From Leidyana gryllorum EB-2025a (lineage: Eukaryota > Protista > Apicomplexa), in contig JBLWGC010000109.1 in assembly GCA_048772705.1 (NCBI GenBank), positions 321,217 to 385,216 on the forward strand: a stretch of 64,000 nt of DNA. The letters run 5' to 3'. Below, one piece after another: positions 11,321-22,703 of the stretch. Every line of letters begins with the position of its first letter. Position 1 is the stretch's first letter. Made by a program: the position numbers and the translations under genes. The notes under the pieces were generated by a model, which was not told the origin of the DNA, searched no databases, and saw nothing but the letters and a program-made list of their open reading frames with translations.

Positions 11321-13921
11321 TCAGGCCTTGGAAGACAAAGCTTTGCGGCTCAATTTGTAGAACGGGTTACGGTAGGAGCTCTTCTGGGTGCGTACGTCTG
11401 CGCCTGTAGTGAACTCTGACCAGTAGTTGTCGTTGACCGGCCGAGGGCACTTGGCAAAGAGGTCGAGGCCGAGAGAGGGGGTGGGGTTGGGGATCGGAAG
11501 AGTCTCGTATCCCCAGCCTCGGAGTTTGCTGAAGTTGCCATCGCGAAGTTGCTTCTGATACCAGGGCGAGCTGATAGGGCAGTTGAAACTTCGGATGCAG
11601 AGCAGACTGTGGTTGGGGAAGTGGAGTAAGCGATCGGTGGGCATATTGTCAATAACCTTCTGGTAGAACTTGCGGAAAGCTGCTTTGTGTCCGGCCGGGA
11701 GATCCTCAAGGCAGAGGCGAGAGGTTTCAGCCCATTGCATCTGGTAGGCGAGTGCGCGATGGAGGAATCCACGGAACTTAGGATGGCGTTCCCGTCGGAG
11801 TTCTTCGAGCAGAGGGACGTCGCGGTGGTGGACCAATCGGAGCAATTTGTCGACGGCGAGGACACTGTGTCTGGCGGTGAACAGTTCATAGACGAAATCC
11901 GTCCAGGGCGCCGGAATGATGGGGATTCCCACGCATCCGACAACCGGGATGGTTGCGTTGGGGATGTCGATGTAGCATTGGTGGAATATCAAGTAGAGAG
12001 CCAGTAGCTGAGGGAGTTTCGGGGTGGAATACTTGAAGAAGAGAGAAACAATGTGGTGTTTGCTGATCAGTGAGTGCCAGTCAACCTTCATGATCCAATC
12101 TTCGTAGTGATCGACAACGATAGTGGTGAGACAGCGCGGGTGCAGAGTATCCTTGAGGTTGAGCAGATAGAACAGGCCTTGCATCGCCTCTTCATTCTGC
12201 ACGTAGATCTCAACGGAATGTCCTTGCTGTTCATCGGGGTTCGGATCCACGAAGGGAGGGATCAAGCTCTCGCCGCCTTCAACGGCTTCCAATAGAGTGG
12301 GGGCTTCCCAGTACTCGCCAGCGCCCTCGGGGCGTTTTCCAGTGGAATACGGCATCGGAACAAATTCCAAGAAGCCGGGGAAGTCATCGATTTTCCGAGT
12401 GGTCGCCCATCGCGCCAATGGGATCTGCACCGGAGCAACCCGAGCTCTGCAAGCCTTCACCACCAGTTCCAAAGACTTTGGAATTCCACCAGACAGATTG
12501 ACCGACTTGTGAGCCTCCAGAACTTGTTCCAATTGGCGCACGCGATCCCTGATAAGATTGCTGAGTGGCGAGCCCCACAGAACACACACGCGCGCACACA
12601 CGAATTTGACTTACCCTTGATCCAGAGTCTTCTGGAGTGTAACAAATCGGGGGAAGTTAATGGGTCCCGAAACTGCAACAGCAGCTTTCGCGATGGTAGC
12701 CTTCTTTCCCATGAACTTCCGGGCGATGCGCTCTTTTAACCCTGCTCGCTTTTGGACTTTAGGCGCAATTGGGAAGGCGGGAGACGAGCAATCCCTGTCT
12801 CGGAGATCCTGATCGGTCGGTGCAGTAGTGAGCAACATGCTGTCGTCGCCAATGATGTTCCCGGAAATAAGTCCGTCAGCTCTGGGCTGGTTATGATGGT
12901 CGCTGACTTTAGACATCTCAGCCAAGTTCCGCATGCTGAAGCCATGGAGTTCATCGGGCAAAGTCCGAGTTGTAAGTGGCTCAGCCATGGGTACAATAGC
13001 GCCAAATCGCCCGCCGTAGTTCTTTCCCTTGCGTTTGATGGCAACAGGCGGGGTACGGAGGTCCGCCGATCTCTCCGGAGTCATAGCAACAAAGGAAGCA
13101 CTGCCGACCACAGGTGTTACGGTGCCAGAGTTGCAGTTGGAAGGGAGGAAGTCCTTGTTAGCGGCTGAGGACAAGGCTTGAGAAAGAACGGCAGAGTCTC
13201 CGCGGCGCAGACGAAGGTCGGTGGAGCTTGAATCCCTCAACGGTGGGATAGTGACCATCTCCAAACCGGTTCTTGGGTTAATGGCGGTGAAATCGTCCAA
13301 TAGGACGAGACCATACGGCACGTCGTATCCTACTATAATGCTTCGTGATGAAGTCGTGTCAATGAAGCGGGTCCCATAAGCTTCCCAGGCTTCGGTCATC
13401 AACGGATGCTTGAGCTTATGTACGTCACTCATACGAATGGCGATGGATCGAAGTTCAGGAGCGTCTACTTCCAGACAAAGATCTCCGAAGTGTACGTCAA
13501 TTACATTGAGGTGAGTCAATTTAGGTGCCGAGAACTGAGTCAGCGGGCCAACATTTGTATTAAGGCTGATTGCCAGAATGGCGGTCTCCAATTGTTTGGG
13601 TCCAGCGTGCAAGAAGGTGCGGGCCATCGCGTCAACGTGGCAACCCTTCTCCCCAATGGCGTGAAGGACTTTGGTAGTGTGGGTCGAACGGTGCAAATAG
13701 AGAACAGACCACGGGTGGTGGAGTAGGATGTCAAGCTTGAAGTTGTTCAAGTAGAGGTGAGAAGCGCTCAAGTGGTTCTCCACCAAATCCTTCATCGTCT
13801 TGCTTACTGAGCGAAGGCGGCACAGCTCCTCAGGATGGCACCATTGAGTGATCAGAGACCACATCTGGTTCCCGATAGTAGTGGCAGATGCAGTAACAGC
13901 GGCTCCCATGATTCCCGACAT
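11321..13921 (-). CDS. F-box/LRR-like + unrecognised C-terminal domain, paralogue 5 (intron 12561-12614; low-complexity insertion)
   Basis: MWSLITQWCHPEELCRLRSVSK motif; phase-2 GTAAGT...CTCAG intron; C-domain has ELFTARHS and CPISSPWYQKQLRDGNFSKLRGWG. Confidence 0.75.
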
Positions 13922-14120
13922 TCTTGCCAATTGATCAACTGTTTCGTTGATAACTAACTCAAGAAGTGGCTTGTTGAAGAGAACAAGTCGAAAGCTGAAA
14001 GCTCACGATTCTTACTCCACGATCTGCCGATCATTCTGTGTGCGAGAGACGACACACATGTCCCAATCCGTTGGGACCCATCTTGACACTCGCTGTCAAT
14101 TATTTGCACACTTACATAGC

Positions 14121-15707
14121 TCAAATTGGCCCTAAAACACTCAGAAGATCTCCAAGTCGGATCTTCACATCTTCCCCACACACGACATTCCATTTCTGGA
14201 GCTCCTCAAAGTTACGCTCCCGCAGCTGACGAATGTACCAAGACGAGTCTGTGTCACAAAACTCCAATCGGAACTGGGTGACTTGAAAGCTGGGATGTGG
14301 GGGCACCTCGATGCTGGACAATGCGCATCTCAACTCCCAATACCACACCTCGAACCGTCTCATCTCGTACATCCCCATTGTACAGATTTGCTTCGACAAC
14401 ACATCGGCTTCCCGTGAAAAACGTCTGAGGACTGCGAGACTCTGTGCCATTGTGCTCCACGTGTCCACGTGACGGTACTTTTCGCTCTTCCGTCTTGCAA
14501 CCCCAACGCAATGCAGAATAGAGGCTAGAGTACTGTCTGTGTATTTCCCCGTCAGCATTTCCTGGAAGGCAGTACTGTGAGGCGGGCGCAGAAGACCCAT
14601 TCCAAGAGCACCTAACAGAATTTGACTTTGTGTTTTGACGCTAACTGATCTCAACAACAGATAGGTTTGAACTATCTCAGTACTTGTTGACAAGGGGCGC
14701 ATCACAAGGAACCATCGTGGACGAGTTGTCTTTAGCAATTCTGACCAAGTCGCCCATTCATCGGGCAAATATATCTCATTGGTGATCAGCAAGACCTTGT
14801 ATTTGCCGAAAGAAAGGTTTGAGGATAAACGTAACTTCAGCAACAAGCCTCTGGCGTTGTCGTGACTCAGATTGCCTAATTGCATCCATTCCCCGTTGAC
14901 GTAGACTGGCAGTGGTTCGAGGGCTTTGAGCCTTTCCGTGCCGAGCCTCCAATTATCGCTGTGGCTCCCTGAACCCAAGTGGTCGTAAGGAACTGGAAGA
15001 CGGGAGACCAAATCCGGAAGCTTCGCAAAGTCGTCGATTCGTGCCATGCTGTCGATCATTTGGTATACAACACGACGGCACTGGGACTTTGATACGATCA
15101 GTACGGTACTTTTCGCTCCGTAAGCTTGCTCGGCACCATTTCTGGGCATTGCAATTGGCTCGATGTCTGATCGCAATAAGTAATGATCGATTTGACCTAA
15201 TTGCTCTCGTTTCAGGACTATTCCTTGGACTGCTGGAGCCTCCAATAGAATTGCAGTTCCGGGTAGAGGCCGACCTCGTGCAGTCCCAATTTTGTAGTCT
15301 TCAAAAGCGCACTGGCTTATATCGATCAACACAAGACTTGGAGCACACCAGATCACAAACGGTCTTCCATCCTTTCGCTTCTTCAGACGGAAAGTCAATT
15401 ACAGAATGGAATGCTGCAGCGCTGGCATACCACATTCAATCATTTTTAACAGAAACCAAGACACATTCGGCATATCACCCCCATAGATTCTGAGGGATTT
15501 CACCACAGGCGCTGTGCGAATCATCCAGCTTCTCCACCAGCGCATGCGACGCAGCAGACCGTAGTGTTCTGTTTGTAATGCAATATGCTCAGTCACCAAT
15601 TTATCATCAATATACTGTCGCACACGTTTGCAAACACGACTCAAATGCGGTATCTGATGTAGTGGCAGGAATGCCATTATGTGAAACCAACAGTCGCCGA
15701 TCTCCAT
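14121..15707 (-). pseudogene. Array paralogue 6 with in-frame TAA at 15399-15401
   Basis: CWFHIMAFLPLHQIPHLSRVCK F-box-like motif. ORFs 15399-15794 and 14121-15398 share one frame separated by a single TAA. C-domain has EMLTGKYT, WYWELRCAL and SSWYIRQL. Confidence 0.6.
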
Positions 15708-16637
15708 CCAGATCCACTCCTCAGCCCTCGTTTTGGCAGTAGCGGGAAAGTGATCAGTAAGTACACTGACACGCGAAAATTCCGGCTCGCTCACACCAAG
15801 ATGGCAGGCGGAATTGAGGCGGTTCTAAACTCAAGCCAAACGGTAGGAAATCTTGTCGTCAAAGAAGCACTTAGATCCCTCGATGCAGGGCATTCGGCAA
15901 CGTACAGTTTGGTCGACCGAGAAAATCAAAGCGATGATACACGCCCTCTTTGAAACTTTATTCGCTCTCTATAAATTACAGGAAAAATATACCCAAGTAT
16001 TTCTCGTCGGCATCGGCATTCCGCCCACAACACATATTTGGGGAGTCATTCCAGCTCTCCCCGATGGACAGCCTTCGAGCACAGTAAGAGGAACAGAGGG
16101 AAGGTTTGCCAATCATCGGGTCGTCACCACTTGTTTGTCGGCCACTCTGTGTCTCCAAGAAGACCCGCTCTCCGGCCCGCCACTGACCTGGATTCGTTCT
16201 CTGTCACTTTGACATAACGATTGGGAGGTGCATTGTACCGCAGAGCAGTATCAACTTGGACCTCGGGCAATAAGCCACTCTGACATTACCGCTTCTACTA
16301 TTAGTACAACCTCTCCCGCTTGTTGGGCACAGTGGGCTCTGGGTGACTCGAATACAGTCCAAGCTGATTATCTTGGAGGAACCGAGGAGGGAGTGTGGTG
16401 GAGATTCTTTCTCAGGCAGTCATTCAACCGCATTCTTCTGGGGCCTCTACGCCTCCAGGCGGCGTTTCGAAAACCACATACCCCACATTATTGCCTTGAA
16501 GAGTGAATCTTCCACAGCACTTCCTCCAATACTCCCGGATATATCTAACTATATTAAGATGTTGATTCTGGGGCAGCAGGAGCCGACAGCAAGGGAGGGT
16601 TCACCTCGTCTGCTGATTATCTGCGGCGTTGTCAGGT

Positions 16638-18841
16638 TCAATAGGCGGGGAAGAGGGATGACAAGTGGGCAGGGTTGGGAATGAGGGATTGTTGCACTTT
16701 TGTGGTCACCGTTTCCTCCCTCTGTCGCCACTTCTCCTCCGCGATGCTCTCGAAACGCTGCTGTCCGTAGAGAGGAATGTATCGACTTGGCTTCTGCCAG
16801 TCTCGATAGACCTTTCTACTGACAGCGATAGCATTATTATTGATCGGGGGAGGAGTCTTCCCTTCGAAGCAGAACACTCGTAATAGATGCTCTAGGGTGG
16901 TTGAAGAGGAAGGGGTGGAGTTGAGGGGAATGTATATTTTCCGAATGCCCCATTGTTTGAGCAACGCGCAATTAGACTCCGAGATCTGGCGCAAATACCA
17001 CTTCGAAGTGGGAACGAAACCAACTTCGTAGGGGCTGTCCGCTAGTGGTTCAAAAGGCAGTTTAACAGACTCCAATGCAGACCTCAACTCGTTGTACCAG
17101 CGAGTGATCCAATTCAGCTCAAAAACACTCACTGAGTGCAAAAGCCGGAACGAGTATTGACACCAGTGGCGTAACTGATGCATCAGATAGTCAAGCTGTA
17201 CAGCTTTCTGGGCGTAGCAAGTGTAGGACAAGTAAAGATTAATCTTGTCCTCATCGATTGCCATCTCACTGAAGATGGCCCGCAGACAACCGTCGCTGTA
17301 TGTACCAGTCAATAGCTCCTCGAGAGCCGACCTCCACGGAGGGGGAAAGTAACAAGTTCCGTAACAGGACAATATGACAGATCCTTTGGTTTCAGACCAC
17401 ACGGAGTGAAGCAACAGATATGTTCTGAGCAATTGCTCAATTGTCTGCAACGACTGCTTCAGCAGCAGAAACTTGACTCCGATCTTGGATATCGCCTTTC
17501 GCCATACCACCCAAGACCGCGGAAAGACCTTGCTGTTGCTCATTAGAATCACCACACATGTGTCATTGTCCCACTCGACGTCGTACTTCTCCAACAGGCT
17601 CAGCCTTCGCAAACACGAACTGCCCGTACAGTCCACTAGAATTGCAGTCCGCTCAAGACCGGCCAGGTCCATCGTCGAGTGCCCTCCCGGCGTCCACAAG
17701 CAGGTCTGTAGAGTACTGTCGATCTTGTCTTTGGTATACGGAATTGGCAGAATATCCACATCGGGTGGCAGATCTTGAAGGTCAGTCCATTCAGCAATGT
17801 GTTTCCAGGCTTCCGGTGAGTGGTTAACAGAATGAAACAGGGCGTTGTGCGTGGCCACCACTCGAACCAGATTCTTTGGTAGCCTTGCCTTGAATAGTTC
17901 CCATTGCTTAAGATGTAAACACAGTTGGTTGAAACGATCTCTGCGACAGAAAGAACACATCCACATCATGCCACCAGGGCACGCAAGGCGATGAAAAACA
18001 TATCCATCATGACATGTGAATGCATAATATACATCACTTCATACGGCCAAGAATGTGCGGCGCACACTTACAAACGATTAGGTTTGGATATATCAAGAAC
18101 CATACAGAGGGGCAAACATAGCGCTTTGCGTCTCGGACGAGAGTTTGACGCAATGCACAGATCATGTCGGCTCACTGGAACTTCATTGACAAGTTCAACC
18201 CACCCCTGAACCTCCTGTCCCACAACGATAATTCTGCTGCGCATTGCTGATGGATTCCGTGAACTTCTGTACGCTTGTCTCAGTAAAGAGTGCCGTAGGC
18301 ATCCAAGATTGACCCAGTCCACGATCACTGTTCTTAGCGATGGAGCATTCACAATCAGGTGAAGAATTCTCTCACCGCCTGCGAATACACATCGCGAGAC
18401 GTCCAGGTGCTTAAGCTTGCAAGCATCCAGCCGCATAGACTCTTCGCCCTCGTACATATCAAAAGTGATTTGCAGGATGCATTCGTGCAGACTCTTGAGA
18501 CCCAAAGCACATAGTCTCGCTAGAAATCTCCCCAAACGAAACCCAAACACTTCCCGCAGGATTAAGGTACGGATAAGTGGTGCTGAGCGCGTTACCCATC
18601 CGTCCCACCAATCCGTCTGACACAGAACAGCATACTGATCACTCTTCAGATCCACGTTGACCGAGTAATAATCATTATATAGGCAATTGCGCACAGCTCC
18701 GCAGACCCGACTGACTCGAGCGACTTCGTGTGGTGCCAAGAACACCAGAACAGCGCTCCATATCGAGGGGTCCACACTGGGATGGTCATAAAATGTCGCT
18801 TCGCTTTGCGCACCCTCGTGTTCGAACTTCACAGGCATCAT
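16638..18841 (-). CDS. F-box/LRR-like + unrecognised C-terminal domain, paralogue 7 (intron 17941-18071)
   Basis: IWSAVLVFLAPHEVARVSRVC motif; phase-2 GTAAGT...CGCAG intron; C-domain has ELLTGTYS, WYNELRSAL, TSKWYLRQI and LKQWG. Confidence 0.8.
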
Positions 18842-20116
18842 GAACGACGTCTAGCACATAGAGTGGCCAGAACTTTTGGTGCTGACGCGGGCAAACACGC
18901 CACCCCTACCGACCTTTGTGGGACACGCACAGGCAAAGACCCCTACCCTCTTCCTCAAAACCTCAAGTTTACGCAGCCCATCACAGAATCTCATTTCACA
19001 CACATCTTGCCATTCATCACACGATCTATCCTTGCGGGTGCCGCCGTTCTCGCTAAAGAGAGGTGGCGACACTACCGACGTTTGATTGTTGAGCGTACAC
19101 CCACCCTTAAGATCCCAGTCGATTGTTACGTCGTGCTGGAAAGCACCCGTAGGTTAGAGCAGATACCCTTTCAACTCGGCGCTCCGATCGAAGGAGAGCA
19201 AAGGGCCCTTTTTGCGGGCACACGACAGAAACACCTTCGGTGGCCTGGAGTTTGGGCTTCCGTCATACGTGGAAACTGCCCAAGCAGGCGATTAACCACA
19301 TGGCGTTGTGCAAACCCGTTGGGCACTAATGGCGGTGGGCTTCGAACAACGTACGGCTCAGAGAGCCTCCGCGAAATAATCATCACTGTGGGCGACACCC
19401 CGCGTGTCCGATTTTCGAGACTACTTGGCTCATTTTTACCCAAAAGCTGCGACTTTATGTCATTGCCTTCTGTGTGATTCTGATTGAAAGGTGGAAAGGG
19501 ACAGATGACCCGTTTTCTGCTTAAAACAGACTCCGCACCGAGCGCTAACGATCTGACTGATAGATCTCAAATTGAAAGACGTGTTGATAGAGTGTGTAGA
19601 AGTTCATTCAACGCGAATTGCGACTTTATCCAAAGCTGCCCTGACAACGGGAACCGACTATTTGACTCAGTCATCAGCTGAAGCCGCCTGAGCCGTCCAG
19701 GCGACATGACGAGCGCAGAGGGACCCTACCGTGCGTAGACTCTTTTTGGTAGACCATAGACCATAAACGATATAGCTGGACTGACTACCGCCGTTTCACC
19801 TCATTCCCCTCAATGGGATCTTACATCTCACCGCCCACCAGCAACTCGTCAATTTGTTCGTCAATGTCCCAAAAAGCCGTACATAGCGGACATCTAAATC
19901 CCCATCGTTCAGTTTTGTTGTAGCCGAAAGGGCTCAGGTGAGAGAGGTACCACTCATCACTCAGCTCGGACTCCCCAGAAACCCTAAATCCTCATCGCAA
20001 GTCTGTTCAGCTCGTCAGAAGACTCACAGTTGACAGCATCAACCGTTGAATGTGTCCTCGATGAACCTGGGATATGTCGCTAAATGAGTCAGATGAGTTC
20101 TGACCGTGTGTTCGTT

Positions 20117-20605
20117 CTACTGCCCGAAATGTAAATCGCAGCCTGATGGGTACCGAGGGTAGTCCCAGAATCTCAACAACTTTGACTCTGTCCCCAGTCC
20201 GACGCCGATGCAGCAGAAATGTAATGTACAGTTAGTTATATGTACGCAGGAAGGGAAATGGTATAATTCACCCAACAGATGACTTTCCGCGTCTGTTTTC
20301 TCTGGCGGTGGTCTGTTCAGCACTGCTGACAGAGCGCGGGCACATCTCAGGGGCAGGTGAAAGCGGTGTCCACCAACATTCGCGTTCCAGTCTGAAGTCA
20401 CTGCGATGGAGGCCAGATAAATCCAGCCACTGGGTAGGGACACATTGTAGATACGAACTCCCCCTGCACTACCCACCTCTGGCTCGCTATCTCTGACCAA
20501 GGGGCGAGCCGCATTCTTTGCATCACATGTGTGAATAATGAGGGAATGCGGCTTTGAGGCGTCGATGACCAAAGGTTCCCCAAGTGCGTTCCGCCTCAGC
20601 GACAT
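20117..20605 (-). CDS. Hypothetical protein (possibly the first exon of a spliced gene)
   Basis: ATG-initiated 162-aa ORF with globular-looking composition; no recognisable motif. Confidence 0.3.
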   Translation of the reverse strand: MSLRRNALGEPLVIDASKPHSLIIHTCDAKNAARPLVRDSEPEVGSAGGVRIYNVSLPSGWIYLASIAVTSDWNANVGGHRFHLPLRCARALSAVLNRPPPEKTDAESHLLGELYHFPSCVHITNCTLHFCCIGVGLGTESKLLRFWDYPRYPSGCDLHFGQ

Positions 20606-20771
20606 CTAGTATTTCCAGATCGGAACACTTCAGAGTTCCACCGCTAACCGAAAACAGTCTCAGAGCGCATCCTTAGAAGGTCGTAAGCAACCGAATCTGG
20701 AAGACAAGCCGCCTCCATTGACAAGTTTTGGCAGGTAAGCTTCCACTTTCAAAGCCACAACGCACTGCTAC

Positions 20772-20779
20772 CACCCACC

Positions 20780-20826
<47 letters not shown>
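20772..20826. repeat. (CCCA)n/(CA)n microsatellite
   Basis: Directly visible repeat run. Confidence 0.95.
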
Positions 20827-20829
<3 letters not shown>

Positions 20830-21077
20830 GAGCGGCAACCAGCGAGGAGTAAGATGTGAGGAAGAAGATGATGGTGCTGTGAAAGTCGAATTATCGTCAT
20901 AAAGGACAGGTCAGCATGACAGTTATTTCAATCGTTTGCGGTAAAATTCAAACAGGATCGTTGATAGGGGTCTCACCACCACAAAAAAGCCAAATGAATG
21001 GGTTTGGTGCGACTCACTCTCCATATTTCCTTCCGTTCTTGGCGGTTTGCGTATGGCCACGATCGTCCAGTGTCTGT

Positions 21078-22703
21078 TTAATTCTTCTTGTCGTTGGACT
21101 TGGAGCTCTTCTTAGATTTCTTGGAGGCGCCCTTAGAAACGTTGTCGGCGTGAAGAGGAGAACGGGCCGAGACAACATAGGTAGTTTGGTTGACGGTTTC
21201 AACCTGTGAGAGAGGAGCTGGTAGGGTAGTGGCAGCGACGGTGGTCTGATGCGTCTCCTCGTTAGTAGTGCGGATTTGCAAAGAGTTGGTCTGCCAGGCC
21301 TTCATAACAGCTGATTGGATGTCCACAGCGGTTTGAGAGTTGATATCGCCGGACTTCATGATTTGGGCAGCGAGGTTCTCGATCTCGCAGAGAGAAGCAG
21401 CGCTTTGAGTGAGGGCTCCGATCTGTCCGACGAAGGCAGTGCTCTTGAGTTTGAGATCCTCGCGAAGGAGTTCGGTGGCAACTGGGACTTCGATGAAGCG
21501 TGGGAGGTAAACTGGGTAGGTAGCCTTGGAATAGCGAGGTTTGATCTGAGGGAGGTGGTACTCGTGCACGACTTCGGCTTCGACAGGGACGGGGATCTTG
21601 ACTTCGACGTCGACGTTCTTCTCAACGATGACTTCCTGCGGCACGGGTTTGTCAACGTACTGAGGAACAGCCACCTGGCGAGTGACGACTTTGTCAACCC
21701 ACTCAACCTTTTCAACAACTTTCTCGACGGGAACATCGCGATAGGTAATCTCGGGGATGACGCGCGGGACCTCTTTGGTGACGATCTTGGGGACCTCAAT
21801 GACGCGTTCCTGGTGGACGACGACTGGTTTGTGGACAACTTTCTCCTGGACGACTCTCTCGGGGATCTCAACGATGCGCTCAACCCACTCGATTTCAGGG
21901 ATCTCAACGACCTTTTCGATGATAGTGGGTTTGGCGACTTCGACAATCTTTTCGCGGACCACCTTGACGTCGTCGATGACCTCCTCGTGTCTGACAGTCT
22001 CGGGAATGACGATAACTTTCTCGATGACTTCTTCACGAACGATCTTCTTGGGGATACGAATTTCGTGTTCCACGTAGCGCTCGGAGATGACGGACTGACG
22101 GGACTCGTCGACACGGCGAGTTTCCGAGACGAGGCGCTGAGCGCCGTACTCACGACCGACGACGCGGGAATCCTTGCGCATTTCTCCAGTAACAGTGGTC
22201 CACTCGCCAGTTGAGACCAACTCGGCCGCCGCGCCGGCACCGCCAGCCACAGTAGTGGTGGTGGTGGTAGTTGTAGTCGCTCCACCAGCCGCGTTAGCGA
22301 CAGTGGTGTACTGGGCCCCGCCAGATTGGAGGCTCAAGTTGCCGTGGTACTGGGCACCACTGGCCAAAGTGGCACCTCCTTCCAGGACCAAACCGCCCTG
22401 TTGATGATGGTGCTGACCAGCAATGTAGTGAGCCTCGGTGGCCACAGTGCCCAAGTTGTAAGCCGCGTTCACAGCCCCCTCCATCAGCTTTTCAGTTGTA
22501 GTTGTGGTAGTCACCTGCTGCTGCGGCTCGCCAATAGTGTACGAGTTGAAGCCGTGGTGAGTAGTAGTGGTCGTCATAGCTCCGGCTCGGGAAGGCACCA
22601 CCCAGCTCGGGACAGGGGAAGCCTCGCCAGACAGGTCGACCTGAGCGCCAAGAAGAGTAGAAGACGGGCGGGAAGTCTGAGAAGGACGACGGATGGCTTC
22701 CAT
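21078..22703 (-). CDS. Alveolin / inner membrane complex IMC1-family protein (copy A)
   Basis: V/P/E/K-rich alveolin repeats (EKVVEIPEIEWVERIVEIPERVVQEKVVHKPVV) and VYLPRFIEVPV; Thr/Gly/Gln-rich N-terminus. Confidence 0.9.
   Translation of the reverse strand: MEAIRRPSQTSRPSSTLLGAQVDLSGEASPVPSWVVPSRAGAMTTTTTHHGFNSYTIGEPQQQVTTTTTTEKLMEGAVNAAYNLGTVATEAHYIAGQHHHQQGGLVLEGGATLASGAQYHGNLSLQSGGAQYTTVANAAGGATTTTTTTTTVAGGAGAAAELVSTGEWTTVTGEMRKDSRVVGREYGAQRLVSETRRVDESRQSVISERYVEHEIRIPKKIVREEVIEKVIVIPETVRHEEVIDDVKVVREKIVEVAKPTIIEKVVEIPEIEWVERIVEIPERVVQEKVVHKPVVVHQERVIEVPKIVTKEVPRVIPEITYRDVPVEKVVEKVEWVDKVVTRQVAVPQYVDKPVPQEVIVEKNVDVEVKIPVPVEAEVVHEYHLPQIKPRYSKATYPVYLPRFIEVPVATELLREDLKLKSTAFVGQIGALTQSAASLCEIENLAAQIMKSGDINSQTAVDIQSAVMKAWQTNSLQIRTTNEETHQTTVAATTLPAPLSQVETVNQTTYVVSARSPLHADNVSKGASKKSKKSSKSNDKKN

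Noticed and set aside
15399-15401. Ciliate-type TAA=Gln genetic code
   Set aside because: TAA terminates GDH and SAM synthetase at their expected ends.
857-18841. Paired ORFs as two-gene modules, frameshifting or stop readthrough
   Set aside because: Canonical in-frame GT-AG introns explain five junctions, and paralogue 3 is a natural fusion.
18728-19477. 249-aa plus-strand ORF
   Set aside because: GTG start overlapping paralogue 7 and no recognisable motif; unsupported.
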